NCBI GenBank assembly: GCA_964276515.1
Contig: OZ193909.1
Location: forward strand, 8,742,001-8,806,000
Reading direction: 5' to 3'
Length of the DNA stretch: 64,000 bases
Source: Gordius albopunctatus
Lineage: Eukaryota
The notes beneath the pieces are model-generated. The model saw only the letters and a program-made list of their open reading frames with translations. It was not told the origin of the DNA and did no database searches. The stretch's first letter is position 1. The number at the start of each line of letters is the position of its first letter. The translations under genes were made by a program, and so were the position numbers. Shown in pieces: positions 12,187-24,784 of this stretch.

Positions 12187-13329
12187 TTACATTTCCTCGA
12201 TTAATCTAAGCAGTGCCTTGCGTAATTTGCTTTCTTTTTTCTGCGGTATTTGAATCTCTTCTGGTATATTCAAAACGTCATGCGACGAGCTCTCTACATT
12301 ACGATCAACTTCTTTTGATTTTCCTGTCATATTTCTAACGTTTTCTTCACCCTCCTCTTTCACAATAAATGGGTCTTGAACTTGTATACCCTGATTTGAT
12401 ATATTTAATGTCTCTTCTGAGTGAGAGTTAGTAATTCTTTTTCTTAATTGATCCGCGTGCTTTCTTATTTGTTTTCCTTGACTTTCCACAATATATGACC
12501 ATATTCCATTTCGTTGTAATACCGTGCCTTCCCTCCAACCCGGTCTAATTTCATTTTTTACCCACACTGGCTGGTTATTTGAAAATTCTCGTGGACTTAA
12601 ACCCTTGTCGTGATAACAATCTTGCTTTTCTCTATTGTTTTCTAGATTAGTTCTAGGGTTTGGTCTAGTCCAATCCAACGGCGTCCGGTTTCGTCTACCG
12701 AGCATAATTTTGGCTGGTGACCTCCCAGTTGCTCTATGTTCGGTGTTCCGATATGTAGTTAAGACTTCGATCATACATTCCTCGGCATCCTTGATATCCT
12801 TCTTCGTGGCCAGATAGCGACTTTTCAAAGTTCTTATACCACGTTCAACGCAACCATTTGTTTTGGGATGGTAAGGTGTGGTTAAAATATGTTTGATATT
12901 GTAGCTTTCACAAAACATTCTGAATTCGTTTGATGTAAATTGTGGCCCGTTGTCGCTAACAATTTGACGTGGTATACCAAATCGGCTAAACCATCCTTTA
13001 AGCTTTTTTATAATTATATTGGAAAAAGTTTGGTTTATAAGGTCCACTTCAATCCGTTTTGAATAAGAATCCACCCCTACCAACCAGTAACGACCATCCA
13101 TCGGGCCAGCCAAATCAATGTGTAATCTTTCCCAAAGAATATCACTAATATTCCACGAATATAAGGGTACTTCATCAATATTAACCCGATGACGTTGACA
13201 ACTAACACATTTTTGAACGAACGTGTCGATATCCTGATCCATATTCAGCCACCATACATAATATCTAGTAATGGATTTCATGACATTTATCCCCGGGTGT
13301 CCCTTGTGTAGTAGTCTCAGTATAGTCAT
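12187..13329 (-). mobile_element. Gypsy (Mag clade) integrase coding region, copy A, truncated by the gap
   Basis: HKGHPG...CVSC zinc finger and the HIDLAGP, SDNGPQF, NGCVERGIRTLK DDE core. Confidence 0.93.
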
Positions 13330-13529
13330 NNNNNNNNNNNNNNNNNNNNNNNNNNNNNNNNNNNNNNNNNNNNNNNNNNNNNNNNNNNNNNNNNNNNNNN
13401 NNNNNNNNNNNNNNNNNNNNNNNNNNNNNNNNNNNNNNNNNNNNNNNNNNNNNNNNNNNNNNNNNNNNNNNNNNNNNNNNNNNNNNNNNNNNNNNNNNNN
13501 NNNNNNNNNNNNNNNNNNNNNNNNNNNNN
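13330..13529. other. Assembly gap (200 N)
   Basis: Run of N. Confidence 1.
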
Positions 13530-13909
13530 AAATCTTGGACCCGTGATTCCCTTAAGCCATTTTTTTTATTTATCTCAATTAAGAAAAAATATGAAGATTA
13601 TAATTATTTTTTTGAATATAACTTCTAATTATAATATAAAGCCCAAATATTTGTTTAATAATTAATATTAACGTTAAATCATATTAGAAATGACGATCAC
13701 TAGCAAATTCTTTATAATAAGGCGAAAGATTTAGCTTTAATTTTTGATTTAGTACCTTCTAAACGTATTGAAAAAACAAAAAAGTATGACACTTTTTACT
13801 CTTTTGAATCTACCAATTCATTAATTGATTCCATCGATAGAATAATAGCAGAAGTAAACAAAAGATTTTCGGAAATTAATTTTAATCTATATAGGTCCTT
13901 AGAAGGCTT

Positions 13910-14071
13910 CATAGCCAGAATTTGAATTAAAGGGGGGCAATAATGATTTAGGGAGGGGCAAAATGATTATTTTTTCAAATTTAAGCCATAATTATAATCA
14001 ATTTTAAAAAAATTGTGTATTTAGAGGGGAACAGCCACCCCTGCCGCCCCCCCCCCTTGCCCACGCCCATG
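13910..14071. mobile_element. Short G/C-run-rich MITE
   Basis: Absent from the paralog near 31140. Ends CGCCCATG, with degenerate 8-bp TSD GAAGGCTT/TAAGATTT. Similar pieces occur near 500-550, 8410-8640, 61380-61432 and 62085-62127. Confidence 0.55.
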
Positions 14072-14750
14072 TAAGATTTAAACCCTTAATCATCTTTTTT
14101 GCGATAAATCTCTTTTATCAGAAGTAATTAACTATTATGAATGAAAACTGCAAGATGCGAAATAATTAAGGCAAAAGATTATGTAATATATTATGATTCT
14201 TAACGTCGAATAAAATAAAATGAAATGATATTTTTTAACTTATTAAAATTTTGCCCTCAATAGTGTTTCCATATTTTATTATAATTTTAACTATACCAAT
14301 AACTTTGTTTTCATGCAGAGGATCGTTCTCATTTCTAAAATGGATTAAAACTATCTTCGTGTTACAATTGGACAAGATAGGTTATCTTCCTTAGCTTTAT
14401 TGAGCTTAGAACATGACTTTTTAAATTGTATTCCCCCGGATGATATTATAAATTCGTTTGCAACATAGACTAAAAGGCGTAATGAACTACTATTAAAAGA
14501 CTAATTTTAATATTTAATGAAAAATTATTTGGGCTTTTAAACTTGTTTTAAATTTTTTAACACTTTCAAAATATATTAAAATATTATTAAATTTACGAAA
14601 ATTCCATCCTGGATTCAATTTAATTGTCCATCTCACATGCTTATTGTTTAACATATCTTGCATATTTTTATGTACAACATGCACATATAAAGCCAATGAT
14701 TTCCCAAAAAATAGTTTGTAAACCTTTTTTTCTCCTTTATTAGTGATATC

Positions 14751-15738
14751 TAGAGCTGTTAAAAGTTCCTTTTAAAAAGGAACTTGTCAAGTTCTAGTTT
14801 TTTTGCCTAAAATGGAACTAATCCTAGTTCCTCATTTTAAAAGGGAGCTATTTCCAGTTTCTTTTGAAGTTCCTTTTTTAATTTTTTCTTTAAAATGTAC
14901 GAACATCTTTTATTAATTCATAAAAACAATATATTATATATTAAATTTATAAAAATCATCAGGTAATAAATGTTTATTTGATTTTAACTAAATAATATTT
15001 TCAAAGTTGTCATCTAAAAGACATGTTAGCTTGTTTTCAAATAAAATTTTGCCCAAGCTAAATAATATTTCCACAGGGGCACTTGATGGTATTGCATCCT
15101 TTTGAATAAGCGTAAAAATATTCTCAAATAAAGGCCATGGTATATTTTCAGGTTTAATTATGGTAATGTCACTCATAGTCATATCTAAAATCAAAACATT
15201 ATATATTTAATATTTATAAACTTACTATTACTAGAAATAGGATAAAAATTAACAACCAATTAAAGGAAATGAACTTTATATAAATTACCATAAATCAAAA
15301 AATTTATTCAACAAACACTACCGTGAATAAATTACTAAATAAATAATATTTAAAATATAAATTAATTAAAAAAATTATAATGCAAATTGAAATTGGCAAA
15401 AGGAACTTAAAATGAACTTGTAAGTAGTTCCTTTTGCGATAAATTGAAAAAAAAGGGAACTAATTCCAGTTCCTCATCTTAAAAAGGAATTAGTTCTGGA
15501 AGCTATATTATATGGTGTAGGAAGAAACCTATTTGATATCGAGTTGGGTTTGTTTAAATCATATTTTATAAAAGATTTGTTTGCTTTAGTCATATATCTC
15601 CGGGCTCGGGCCTCGGTTCAGGCCGCCTCATCCGGCCCGACCGGAGCCCCGATTGTTTTATTAAATTCTGCCCGAGCCCGGCCCGAAGCCGATCGTGTCG
15701 GGACGTATCGGGTTTCGGGCGGCCCGTGCAGGGCTCTA
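14751..15738 (-). mobile_element. Composite hAT remnant(s)
   Basis: TAGAGC...GCTCTA outer ends. GAACT/AGTTC subterminal repeats on the left and CCCGA/GGCCCG repeats on the right. ORF 14988-15194 has AIPSSAPVEILFS...DDNFE, like the hAT dimerisation domain. No TSD. Confidence 0.65.
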
Positions 15739-16375
15739 CGTGTGCTATTGGATTCAACAAAATGTACACAAACGCTAAGTTGTTCTGTGCATCTCATATT
15801 TCTAATTTCATCTAAAGGTATTAAGTAAAATATTGATTTATTTAATTGTGACAGAATATTTTTAAGGTTTATTTATTAGTTGGTTTTAACCTTAGGTGGT
15901 GTAAGGGGGGGGGGGGAGGTTGTACAAATATATCTATAATATCATCAGGATAAATAACTTCTAAATACTCATTCTCCAACGTATTTGCATAATTAATTTT
16001 TTTTATATTTTATGTTATAATTACGCCTTTTGAGGATCTAGGCTTAAAAAAAGCTTTTGAATGTTATCATTGTTTTCCTGATTAAATGCTGCCTAAAAAT
16101 TCTGCCAATATTGCATATGTAAAATTAATATTTGTTATATATATGGTCCAGATTTTTTGGGGTTTACGCAATTAAATAATTTAATAAAAACTTTGTTGTA
16201 TAATTTTTTTACTATTTGTATTATTTTTTAAAATTTCAACGATTTCTTGTCAATATCCCGTTCCACTTTGTGCCCTTACAATTCATTTATAAAAAAAACT
16301 TATTATACCATGTGAAATTTTCTATATTGTTTCAACTACATCACTTTGTTTTATTTATGAATGAATTTTATTAAC

Positions 16376-16443
16376 ATGGCTGCCCTGGGAACCTATGGGT
16401 AAAGTTTCGCGCGAATCGGGCCGGTAGTTTCAGAATTTAGCCC

Positions 16444-16444
<1 letters not shown>
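16376..16444 (-). mobile_element. Helitron-like core fragment abutting the microsatellite
   Basis: Minus strand reads (TATG)n-TAAGGGCTAAATTCTGAAACTACCGGCCCGATTCGCGCGAAACTTT. This is the same AAAC..C.G.CCGATT..GAAA core seen at about 5900, in the layout of microsatellite-bearing non-autonomous Helitrons. Confidence 0.45.
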
Positions 16445-16474
<30 letters not shown>

Positions 16475-17721
16475 CATACATACATACATACATACATACA
16501 TACATACATACATACATACATACATACATACATACATACATACATACATACATACATACATACATACATACATACATACATACATACATACATACATACA
16601 TACATACATACATACATACATACATACATACATACATACATACATACATACATACATACATACATACATACATACATACATACATACATACATACATACA
16701 TACATACATACATACATACATACATACATACATACATACATACATACATACATACATACATACATACATACATACATACATACATACATACATACATACA
16801 TACATACATACATACATACATACATACATACATACATACATACATACATACATACATACATACATACATACATACATACATACATACATACATACATACA
16901 TACATACATACATACATACATACATACATACATACATACATACATACATACATACATACATACATACATACATACATACATACATACATACATACATACA
17001 TACATACATACATACATACATACATACATACATACATACATACATACATACATACATACATACATACATACATACATACATACATACATACATACATACA
17101 TACATACATACATACATACATACATACATACATACATACATACATACATACATACATACATACATACATACATACATACATACATACATACATACATACA
17201 TACATACATACATACATACATACATACATACATACATACATACATACATACATACATACATACATACATACATACATACATACATACATACATACATACA
17301 TACATACATACATACATACATACATACATACATACATACATACATACATACATACATACATACATACATACATACATACATACATACATACATACATACA
17401 TACATACATACATACATACATACATACATACATACATACATACATACATACATACATACATACATACATACATACATACATACATACATACATACATACA
17501 TACATACATACATACATACATACATACATACATACATACATACATACATACATACATACATACATACATACATACATACATACATACATACATACATACA
17601 TACATACATACATACATACATACATACATACATACATACATACATACATACATACATACATACATACATACATACATACATACATACATACATACATACA
17701 TACATACATACATACATACAT
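16445..17721. repeat. (ACAT)n microsatellite, about 319 uninterrupted units
   Basis: Direct reading. Confidence 0.99.
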
Positions 17722-20700
17722 TATTAAAATTATATCACATATTCTTCTATATATCGCGGTACAATACATTACAATGATGATACTACATTTACTAAATTTG
17801 TCCCCCTTTTCGTTGACAGACATTACATTTCCTCGATTAATCTAAGCGGTGCCTTGCGTATGTCATATTTCTAACGTCTTCTTCACCCTCCTCTTCCACA
17901 ATAAATGGGTCTTGAACTTGTATATCCTGATTTGGTATATTTAATGTCTCCTCTGAGTGAGAGTTAGTAATTCATTTCCTTAGTTGATCCGCGTGCTTTC
18001 TTATTTGTTTTCCTTGACTTTCCACAATATATGACCTTATTCCATTTCGTTGTAGTACCGTGCCTTCCCTCCAACCCGGTCTAATTTCCCCCTTCTTTGT
18101 TCTTCAGACTATGCCCATAGCCTCCATGATTGCGTTCATACCGGAGGCGATCTTTCCCCACGTGAGCGTTGAAATCTGTCCCAATAACACGGTTCAACAA
18201 GAAAAATTAACCGGCAAACTGTTTGGAGATTCTGGTAGATTTTTTCACGGTGAACACAAATATGTTTTTAGTTTTTTACCTATACTACCCACACTGGCTG
18301 GTTATTTAAAAATTCTCGTGGATTTAAATCCCTTGTCGTGATAACAATCTTGCTTTTTTATATTGTTTTCTAGATTAGTTCTAGGGTTTGGTCTAGTCCA
18401 ATCCAACGGCGTCCGGTTTCGTCTACCGAGCATAATTTTGGCAGGTGACCTCCCAGTTGCTCAATGTTCGGTGTTCCGATATGTAGGTAAGACTTCGATC
18501 ATACATTTCTCTGCATCCTTGATATCCTCTTTCGTGGCCAGATAGCGACTTTTCAAAGTTCTTATACCACGTTCAACGCAACCATTTGTTTGGGGATGGT
18601 AAGGTGTGGTTAAAATATGTTTGATATTGTAGCTTTCACAAAACATTCTGAATTCGTTTGATGTAAATTGTGGCCCGTTGTCGCTAACAATTTGACGTGG
18701 TATACCAAATCGGCTGAACCATCCTTTAAGCTTTTTTATAATTATATTGGAAAAAGTTTGGTTTATAAGGTCTACTTCAATCCATTTTGAATAAGAATCC
18801 ACCCCTACCAACCAGTAACGACCATCCATCGGGCCAGCCAAATCAATGTGTAATCTTTCCCAAGGAATATCACTAATATTCCACGAATATAAGGGTACTT
18901 TAGCAATATTAACCCGGGTTAGGCTGATCCATATTCGGCCACCATACATAATATCTAGTAATGGATTTCATGGCATTCATCCCCGGGTGTCCCTTGTGTA
19001 GTAATCTCAGTATAGTCATGTGAAGACTATTGGGAATAACGATACGTCCGTTCCATTGTATGATACCCTTGTCCATTGATAATTCCTCCTTTTTATTATA
19101 GTATGGAATCAATTCATTTGTGAGAGCGTCCCTGTTTACACTCCAACCTTGCTCGATTTGTACTAATAGCTTTTTAAGCGTTGAATCTTTACGGGTCTCA
19201 TTAGCTAACGTTCTTTCGGTAATCTTTAAATCTTCTAAAGCTATGTATCTTAAACAGGCAGCATTTTCATCATCTTCATGGTTGAATTTTTCTTTTTCGG
19301 GGACTGATAATCTTGATAACGCATCGGCCAATTGATTATCTCTCCCCGGTTTGTATTCTAAATGATATTCGTAAGCTGACAATTTCCACGCCCATCTAAT
19401 TAACCGATTATTACAAATGTGGGATACGTTCTGATTTTCGCCAAACAATCTCTCTAATGGCTTGTGATCGATACGTAAGATAAATTTCCTTCCGAATATG
19501 TATGGGTGAAATTTTTCAACTCCAAATATTAGGGCTCTTGCCTCCTTGTTAATAGCCGCATAATTTTTCTCTGCACTCGAAAGTGTCCTTGAGGCATATG
19601 CAATTGGTTTTTCTAGGCCATTAGCAAGTTTGTGTAGTAAAACTGCTCCTAACCCTTCATTTGAAGCATCACATTCTAAAATAATTGGTAGGTTAGGTGA
19701 ATAAGGTGTTAGCGTATCTTCTCGTGACAATATTATTTTTATCTTATCAAACACTGTTTGTTCTAACGAAGTCCACGACCAGCGATATTTTGAACTAGTT
19801 AAGCGATGTAAAGGTGAACAGATACCATGAAGACTCGGTATAAATTTTTCATGATAATTCAAAAATCCCAAAATTGCTCTTAATTCATGGATGTTTTTTG
19901 GCGTTGGAGCTTCTCTAATAGCTTTCACATTATCTGCCGTCGGGTGTATCTCATATTTATCTATCTGATATCCTAAGAATTGTACTGATTCTTCTAAAAA
20001 TTTAACTTTGTCCAGCTTAGCTCTTAATCCCGTCGTCTTGAATTTTCTTAAAATGGCAGTTAAATTTCGTATATGTTCGTCATCATCATCACCCGTTATT
20101 ATAACATCATCTAAATATACTCCGGTCTTTTTACAGTCACTTAGCAAATTATCCATATATCTTTGAAATATTATGGGTGCCGACGCTAATCCTAAAGGCA
20201 TACGTTTATACTGAAAATAAACCACATGTGTGTTTATGATAAGATATTTTTGGGAATCCTCGTCGATCTTCATTTGAAGATATGCGTCTTTGAGATCGAT
20301 TTTCGTAAATCTTTGTTCGTTAACCAATTTCGAAGCAATATCGTCAAAAGTTGGCAATATATTGTAGTCCTTAGAAAGGGTTTAAGGTATTTTTGAAATC
20401 TCCACAAATTCTAATACAACCATTGTTTTTCCTCACATTTACCGTTGGTGTAACCCATTCAATTCTCGTTTTAGTAGGGTCCACTTTTTCAATTATGTTA
20501 GACGCAACCAATCTTTCAAGCTCCATCTCAATCGGTTTTCTTAAGGGAAAGGGAACACGATGGGCAGGAAATATTTTACCTGATGCATCTGTTTTTACAT
20601 TTATATGAACTGGATTGCTATTGATTTCCCCGTGACTGTTATCAAAAATTTCTGAAAATTCTTTAATTAAAATATTTAATTTGCTACGAATTGTGTTGCC

Positions 20701-21981
20701 CTCCTTGTAGACTTTGTTAATCCTTACACATTTCGGAATCTCTAAATCAAATTCTAAAATCCAAGGTAACCCAAACAACGGTACATCCATGCTTCTAGTG
20801 ACGATTGCAGGTAAATTCTTAACGTTTTCTCCAACTTTCACTTTAATAATCACTTCCCCCATAACATCTAGCGTCTTTTTACCATACACGGTTAGGTTTT
20901 GTCTTAACTTGGGACTGCCCACTTGGTTCCATATCTTCTTGTTAATAACTGACACCCGTGCTCCGGTATCATATTCAAGACAATATGGAATATCATTCAA
21001 ACGTGCCATTATAGTTGCTCTATTAACCCCTACTCTTCTAACTTGATTAATTAAATTGTCATCTGAACTTCCACATCCATCTCCACCCTGAATATTAAAA
21101 ATAGGTTTACATTTACAAGCCCTTGCAAAATGTCCTATTTTCTTGCATTTATAACATGTGGCTTTGATTGCTGGACAATTTGCATATAAGTGGGACCTCC
21201 CGCACCGGTAAAAACTGTTGTTGCTGTTGGGTCTTGACTGATTCTTAGAAAAACCCCTTGTATAGTTGTTTTGTACTTTATTGATACCATGATTTACCTC
21301 TTGTTCTGCCCTTTCTAATGTCATTGATAAATCCAAGACTTGTCTAAAATTTATATTTGTACCATCTGAATTTATTGTATTAGGGAAATGCGTACGTAAT
21401 TCAACATCCAACTTTGTTACTTGACAACCTGCAATGAATTGGTCTCGCAACCTTTCATCTATATCACCTTTAAAGTTGGATATTCTAGCCAATTCTTTTA
21501 ATCTTTGAGCAAATAACATTATTGTTTCTCCCTCTAACCGTTTCATTTGAATGAATTTTTATCTGGAAGTAAATTCGGATTCCATTGGTTTAAATAAAGC
21601 TAAACAAGCCTTGTGAATTTCCTCCCATGTAGATGTGTCCAAGAATTTAGGATATATATAATTTTTAATTTCCTTAACATTATTAATTCCAAAATATGCA
21701 AGTAAAAGATTTTTATATATTTGTTGTAACATATCGTTTGAAGCATTTATACCTTTAACCTTTATGATGTAGCTCATATTTTCTAAATAGTCTTCTATGT
21801 CCATTTCAGAAGAATATTCCCGGAGCGGAACTTTTGATAAGTCTAAAGTTTTCATATCATCTGGGGTTTTCATTATTGGCATTTGTTAACAAAATGTTAA
21901 CATGAAAAGAGCATATGACAAGAAGCATAAATCATTCATTCATTGGCACTCCATTTTTAATCATATATTAGCAATCCCTAA

Positions 21982-22110
21982 CTAACACACTAACCACTAA
22001 CCTACTAACAACTGAACACGTAACCTCTGGTTAGCGTGGCCCGAGATGCACCTATGGTGTCAGATGGGACTCAATCTTAGCTTGCCGATTTAGCTAAGTA
22101 AGTAAGTAAG
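21982..22110 (+). mobile_element. Short RTE-type 3' end with (TAAG)4 tail
   Basis: Homologous to the 3' UTR end of the neighbouring minus-strand LINE. Ends gctaagtaagtaagtaag. Confidence 0.55.
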
Positions 22111-22133
22111 TTTGCCGCGAAGACGCCTAAGAG

Positions 22134-22787
22134 CTTAGTTAGTGCAATCTAAGGTTGAGCCCCTTCTAACGCCAAATGGCGCATCAGGCCACGTTAGTGA
22201 TAACGTGTGTAAGTAGGCTGTAAAAAAATGATTAACATGCAGTGTAATTATGACATGTAAATATGTAATACCTGTTGACTTGAAAGTAATGTAAAGCCTT
22301 TAATGCAAGGTCGTAAATGAATAGTGCGTGAGGAGATCCTTACTGGGGGAGCCGCAATAATTTGTTCTTTGAGAAGTCTTTCCAACGTTTCCTGTCTTGC
22401 ATGATGGGCAGCAATGAATTCCAATCATGACCCATTGTTTGGACATTGCGGAACACCTTGTAAAGCCAGCTGCCATTGCATTTGCGACCTTTTAGCTGAG
22501 GTGGACACCAGAACAGGGAAGATAGACAGTAGTTGGTTCCCTTCCTCCGCACTTGATGTGCCAAAAAAACCCGTTTTCTCGCGAGTAGAATATTTTTAAT
22601 TGGAGCGATTTTGCAACGCACCCATAGATCCTCGTTGGTTATTCTCAACGGATAAAATATCCGGCAAACGATACGTAGCATTTATTAAGACTGACTTGCA
22701 GCTTCTTTAAGCTAGGAGCCTTCAGCGACCAAGATTCGCAACCGTATAGGAGGATTGTAGCTAAGCTCTTGTTTGTCATCGGGGCTT
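22134..22787 (-). mobile_element. 5'-truncated RTE-type LINE inside the BEL 5' LTR
   Basis: TILLYGCESWSL...KMLRIVCRIFYPLRITNEDLW...QDRKRWK up to the stop at 22340, followed by about 200 nt of 3' UTR. Confidence 0.85.
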
Positions 22788-24565
22788 ATACATACATACA
22801 TACATACATACATACATACATACATACATACATACATACATACATACATACATACATACATACATACATACATACATACATACATACATACATACATACA
22901 TACATACATACATACATACATACATACATACATACATACATACATACATACATACATACATACATACATACATACATACATACATACATACATACATACA
23001 TACATACATACATACATACATACATACATACATACATACATACATACATACATACATACATACATACATACATACATACATACATACATACATACATACA
23101 TACATACATACATACATACATACATACATACATACATACATACATACATACATACATACATACATACATACATACATACATACATACATACATACATACA
23201 TACATACATACATACATACATACATACATACATACATACATACATACATACATACATACATACATACATACATACATACATACATACATACATACATACA
23301 TACATACATACATACATACATACATACATACATACATACATACATACATACATACATACATACATACATACATACATACATACATACATACATACATACA
23401 TACATACATACATACATACATACATACATACATACATACATACATACATACATACATACATACATACATACATACATACATACATACATACATACATACA
23501 TACATACATACATACATACATACATACATACATACATACATACATACATACATACATACATACATACATACATACATACATACATACATACATACATACA
23601 TACATACATACATACATACATACATACATACATACATACATACATACATACATACATACATACATACATACATACATACATACATACATACATACATACA
23701 TACATACATACATACATACATACATACATACATACATACATACATACATACATACATACATACATACATACATACATACATACATACATACATACATACA
23801 TACATACATACATACATACATACATACATACATACATACATACATACATACATACATACATACATACATACATACATACATACATACATACATACATACA
23901 TACATACATACATACATACATACATACATACATACATACATACATACATACATACATACATACATACATACATACATACATACATACATACATACATACA
24001 TACATACATACATACATACATACATACATACATACATACATACATACATACATACATACATACATACATACATACATACATACATACATACATACATACA
24101 TACATACATACATACATACATACATACATACATACATACATACATACATACATACATACATACATACATACATACATACATACATACATACATACATACA
24201 TACATACATACATACATACATACATACATACATACATACATACATACATACATACATACATACATACATACATACATACATACATACATACATACATACA
24301 TACATACATACATACATACATACATACATACATACATACATACATACATACATACATACATACATACATACATACATACATACATACATACATACATACA
24401 TACATACATACATACATACATACATACATACATACATACATACATACATACATACATACATACATACATACATACATACATACATACATACATACATACA
24501 TACATACATACATACATACATACATACATACATACATACCTCCCTCCCTCCCTCCCTCCCTCCCT
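22788..24565. repeat. (ACAT)n, about 438 uninterrupted units, followed by (CCCT)6-7
   Basis: Direct reading. The intact 3' LTR has only CTTCCTCCCT at the equivalent position. Confidence 0.99.
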
Positions 24566-24745
24566 GTTAACACATTCAACAATCGCATCATCACCACACA
24601 TTTTATAATCAATCACATTCATTCGCATTCCATAACAATACACATTAAGCAAGTTTTCACATTCGCAATCTCACATGTTATACATTTTTAATTCATTCAC
24701 ATAATTCAATCTAAAACATTGAAATAAACAAAATCTTCAACATTT

Positions 24746-24763
24746 TGGTCCTTCGAGCCGGAT
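24746..24763 (+). promoter_or_regulatory. BEL primer-binding site complementary to tRNA-Tyr 3' end
   Basis: TGGTCCTTCGAGCCGGAT, 3 nt after the 5' LTR. It complements the typical animal tRNA-Tyr end ATCCGGCTCGAAGGACCA. Confidence 0.85.
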
Positions 24764-24784
24764 CCAGCACTTGGATTATTAAAT

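Larger units (their letters stand above)
13530..16372. mobile_element. Diverged inverted paralog of the hAT fossil (11690-12069 + 30213-31520), carrying later insertions
   Basis: Plus-strand hAT dimerisation remnant YLRVTIGQDRLSSLALLSLEHDF...DDIINSFA at about 14350-14500. Reverse-complement similarity to 30213-31520 and 11690-12069. Confidence 0.75.

Noticed and set aside
16445..17721. (ACAT)n as CRISPR array or telomeric array
   Set aside because: No spacers. The repeat has no G-rich strand and the tracts are internal.
16430..17823. Long MYVC/YIHT-repeat ORFs (also 22712-24691 and 36251-37967)
   Set aside because: They are translations of a stop-free tetranucleotide repeat that is open in all frames, not proteins.
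20371..21561. Programmed frameshift or read-through in Mag gag-pol
   Set aside because: The breaks fall inside gag and inside RT rather than at a gag-pol boundary, consistent with decay.
21976..22010. CCCTAA/CTAAC repeats as evidence of a telomere-targeting LINE tail
   Set aside because: Only one CCCTAA, already native to the LTR. Homology suggests this is the truncated 5' side of the plus-strand piece, not a tail.
22160..22190. Hammerhead ribozyme (minus strand CUGAUG-stem)
   Set aside because: Lacks the full CUGANGA and the GAAA after stem II.
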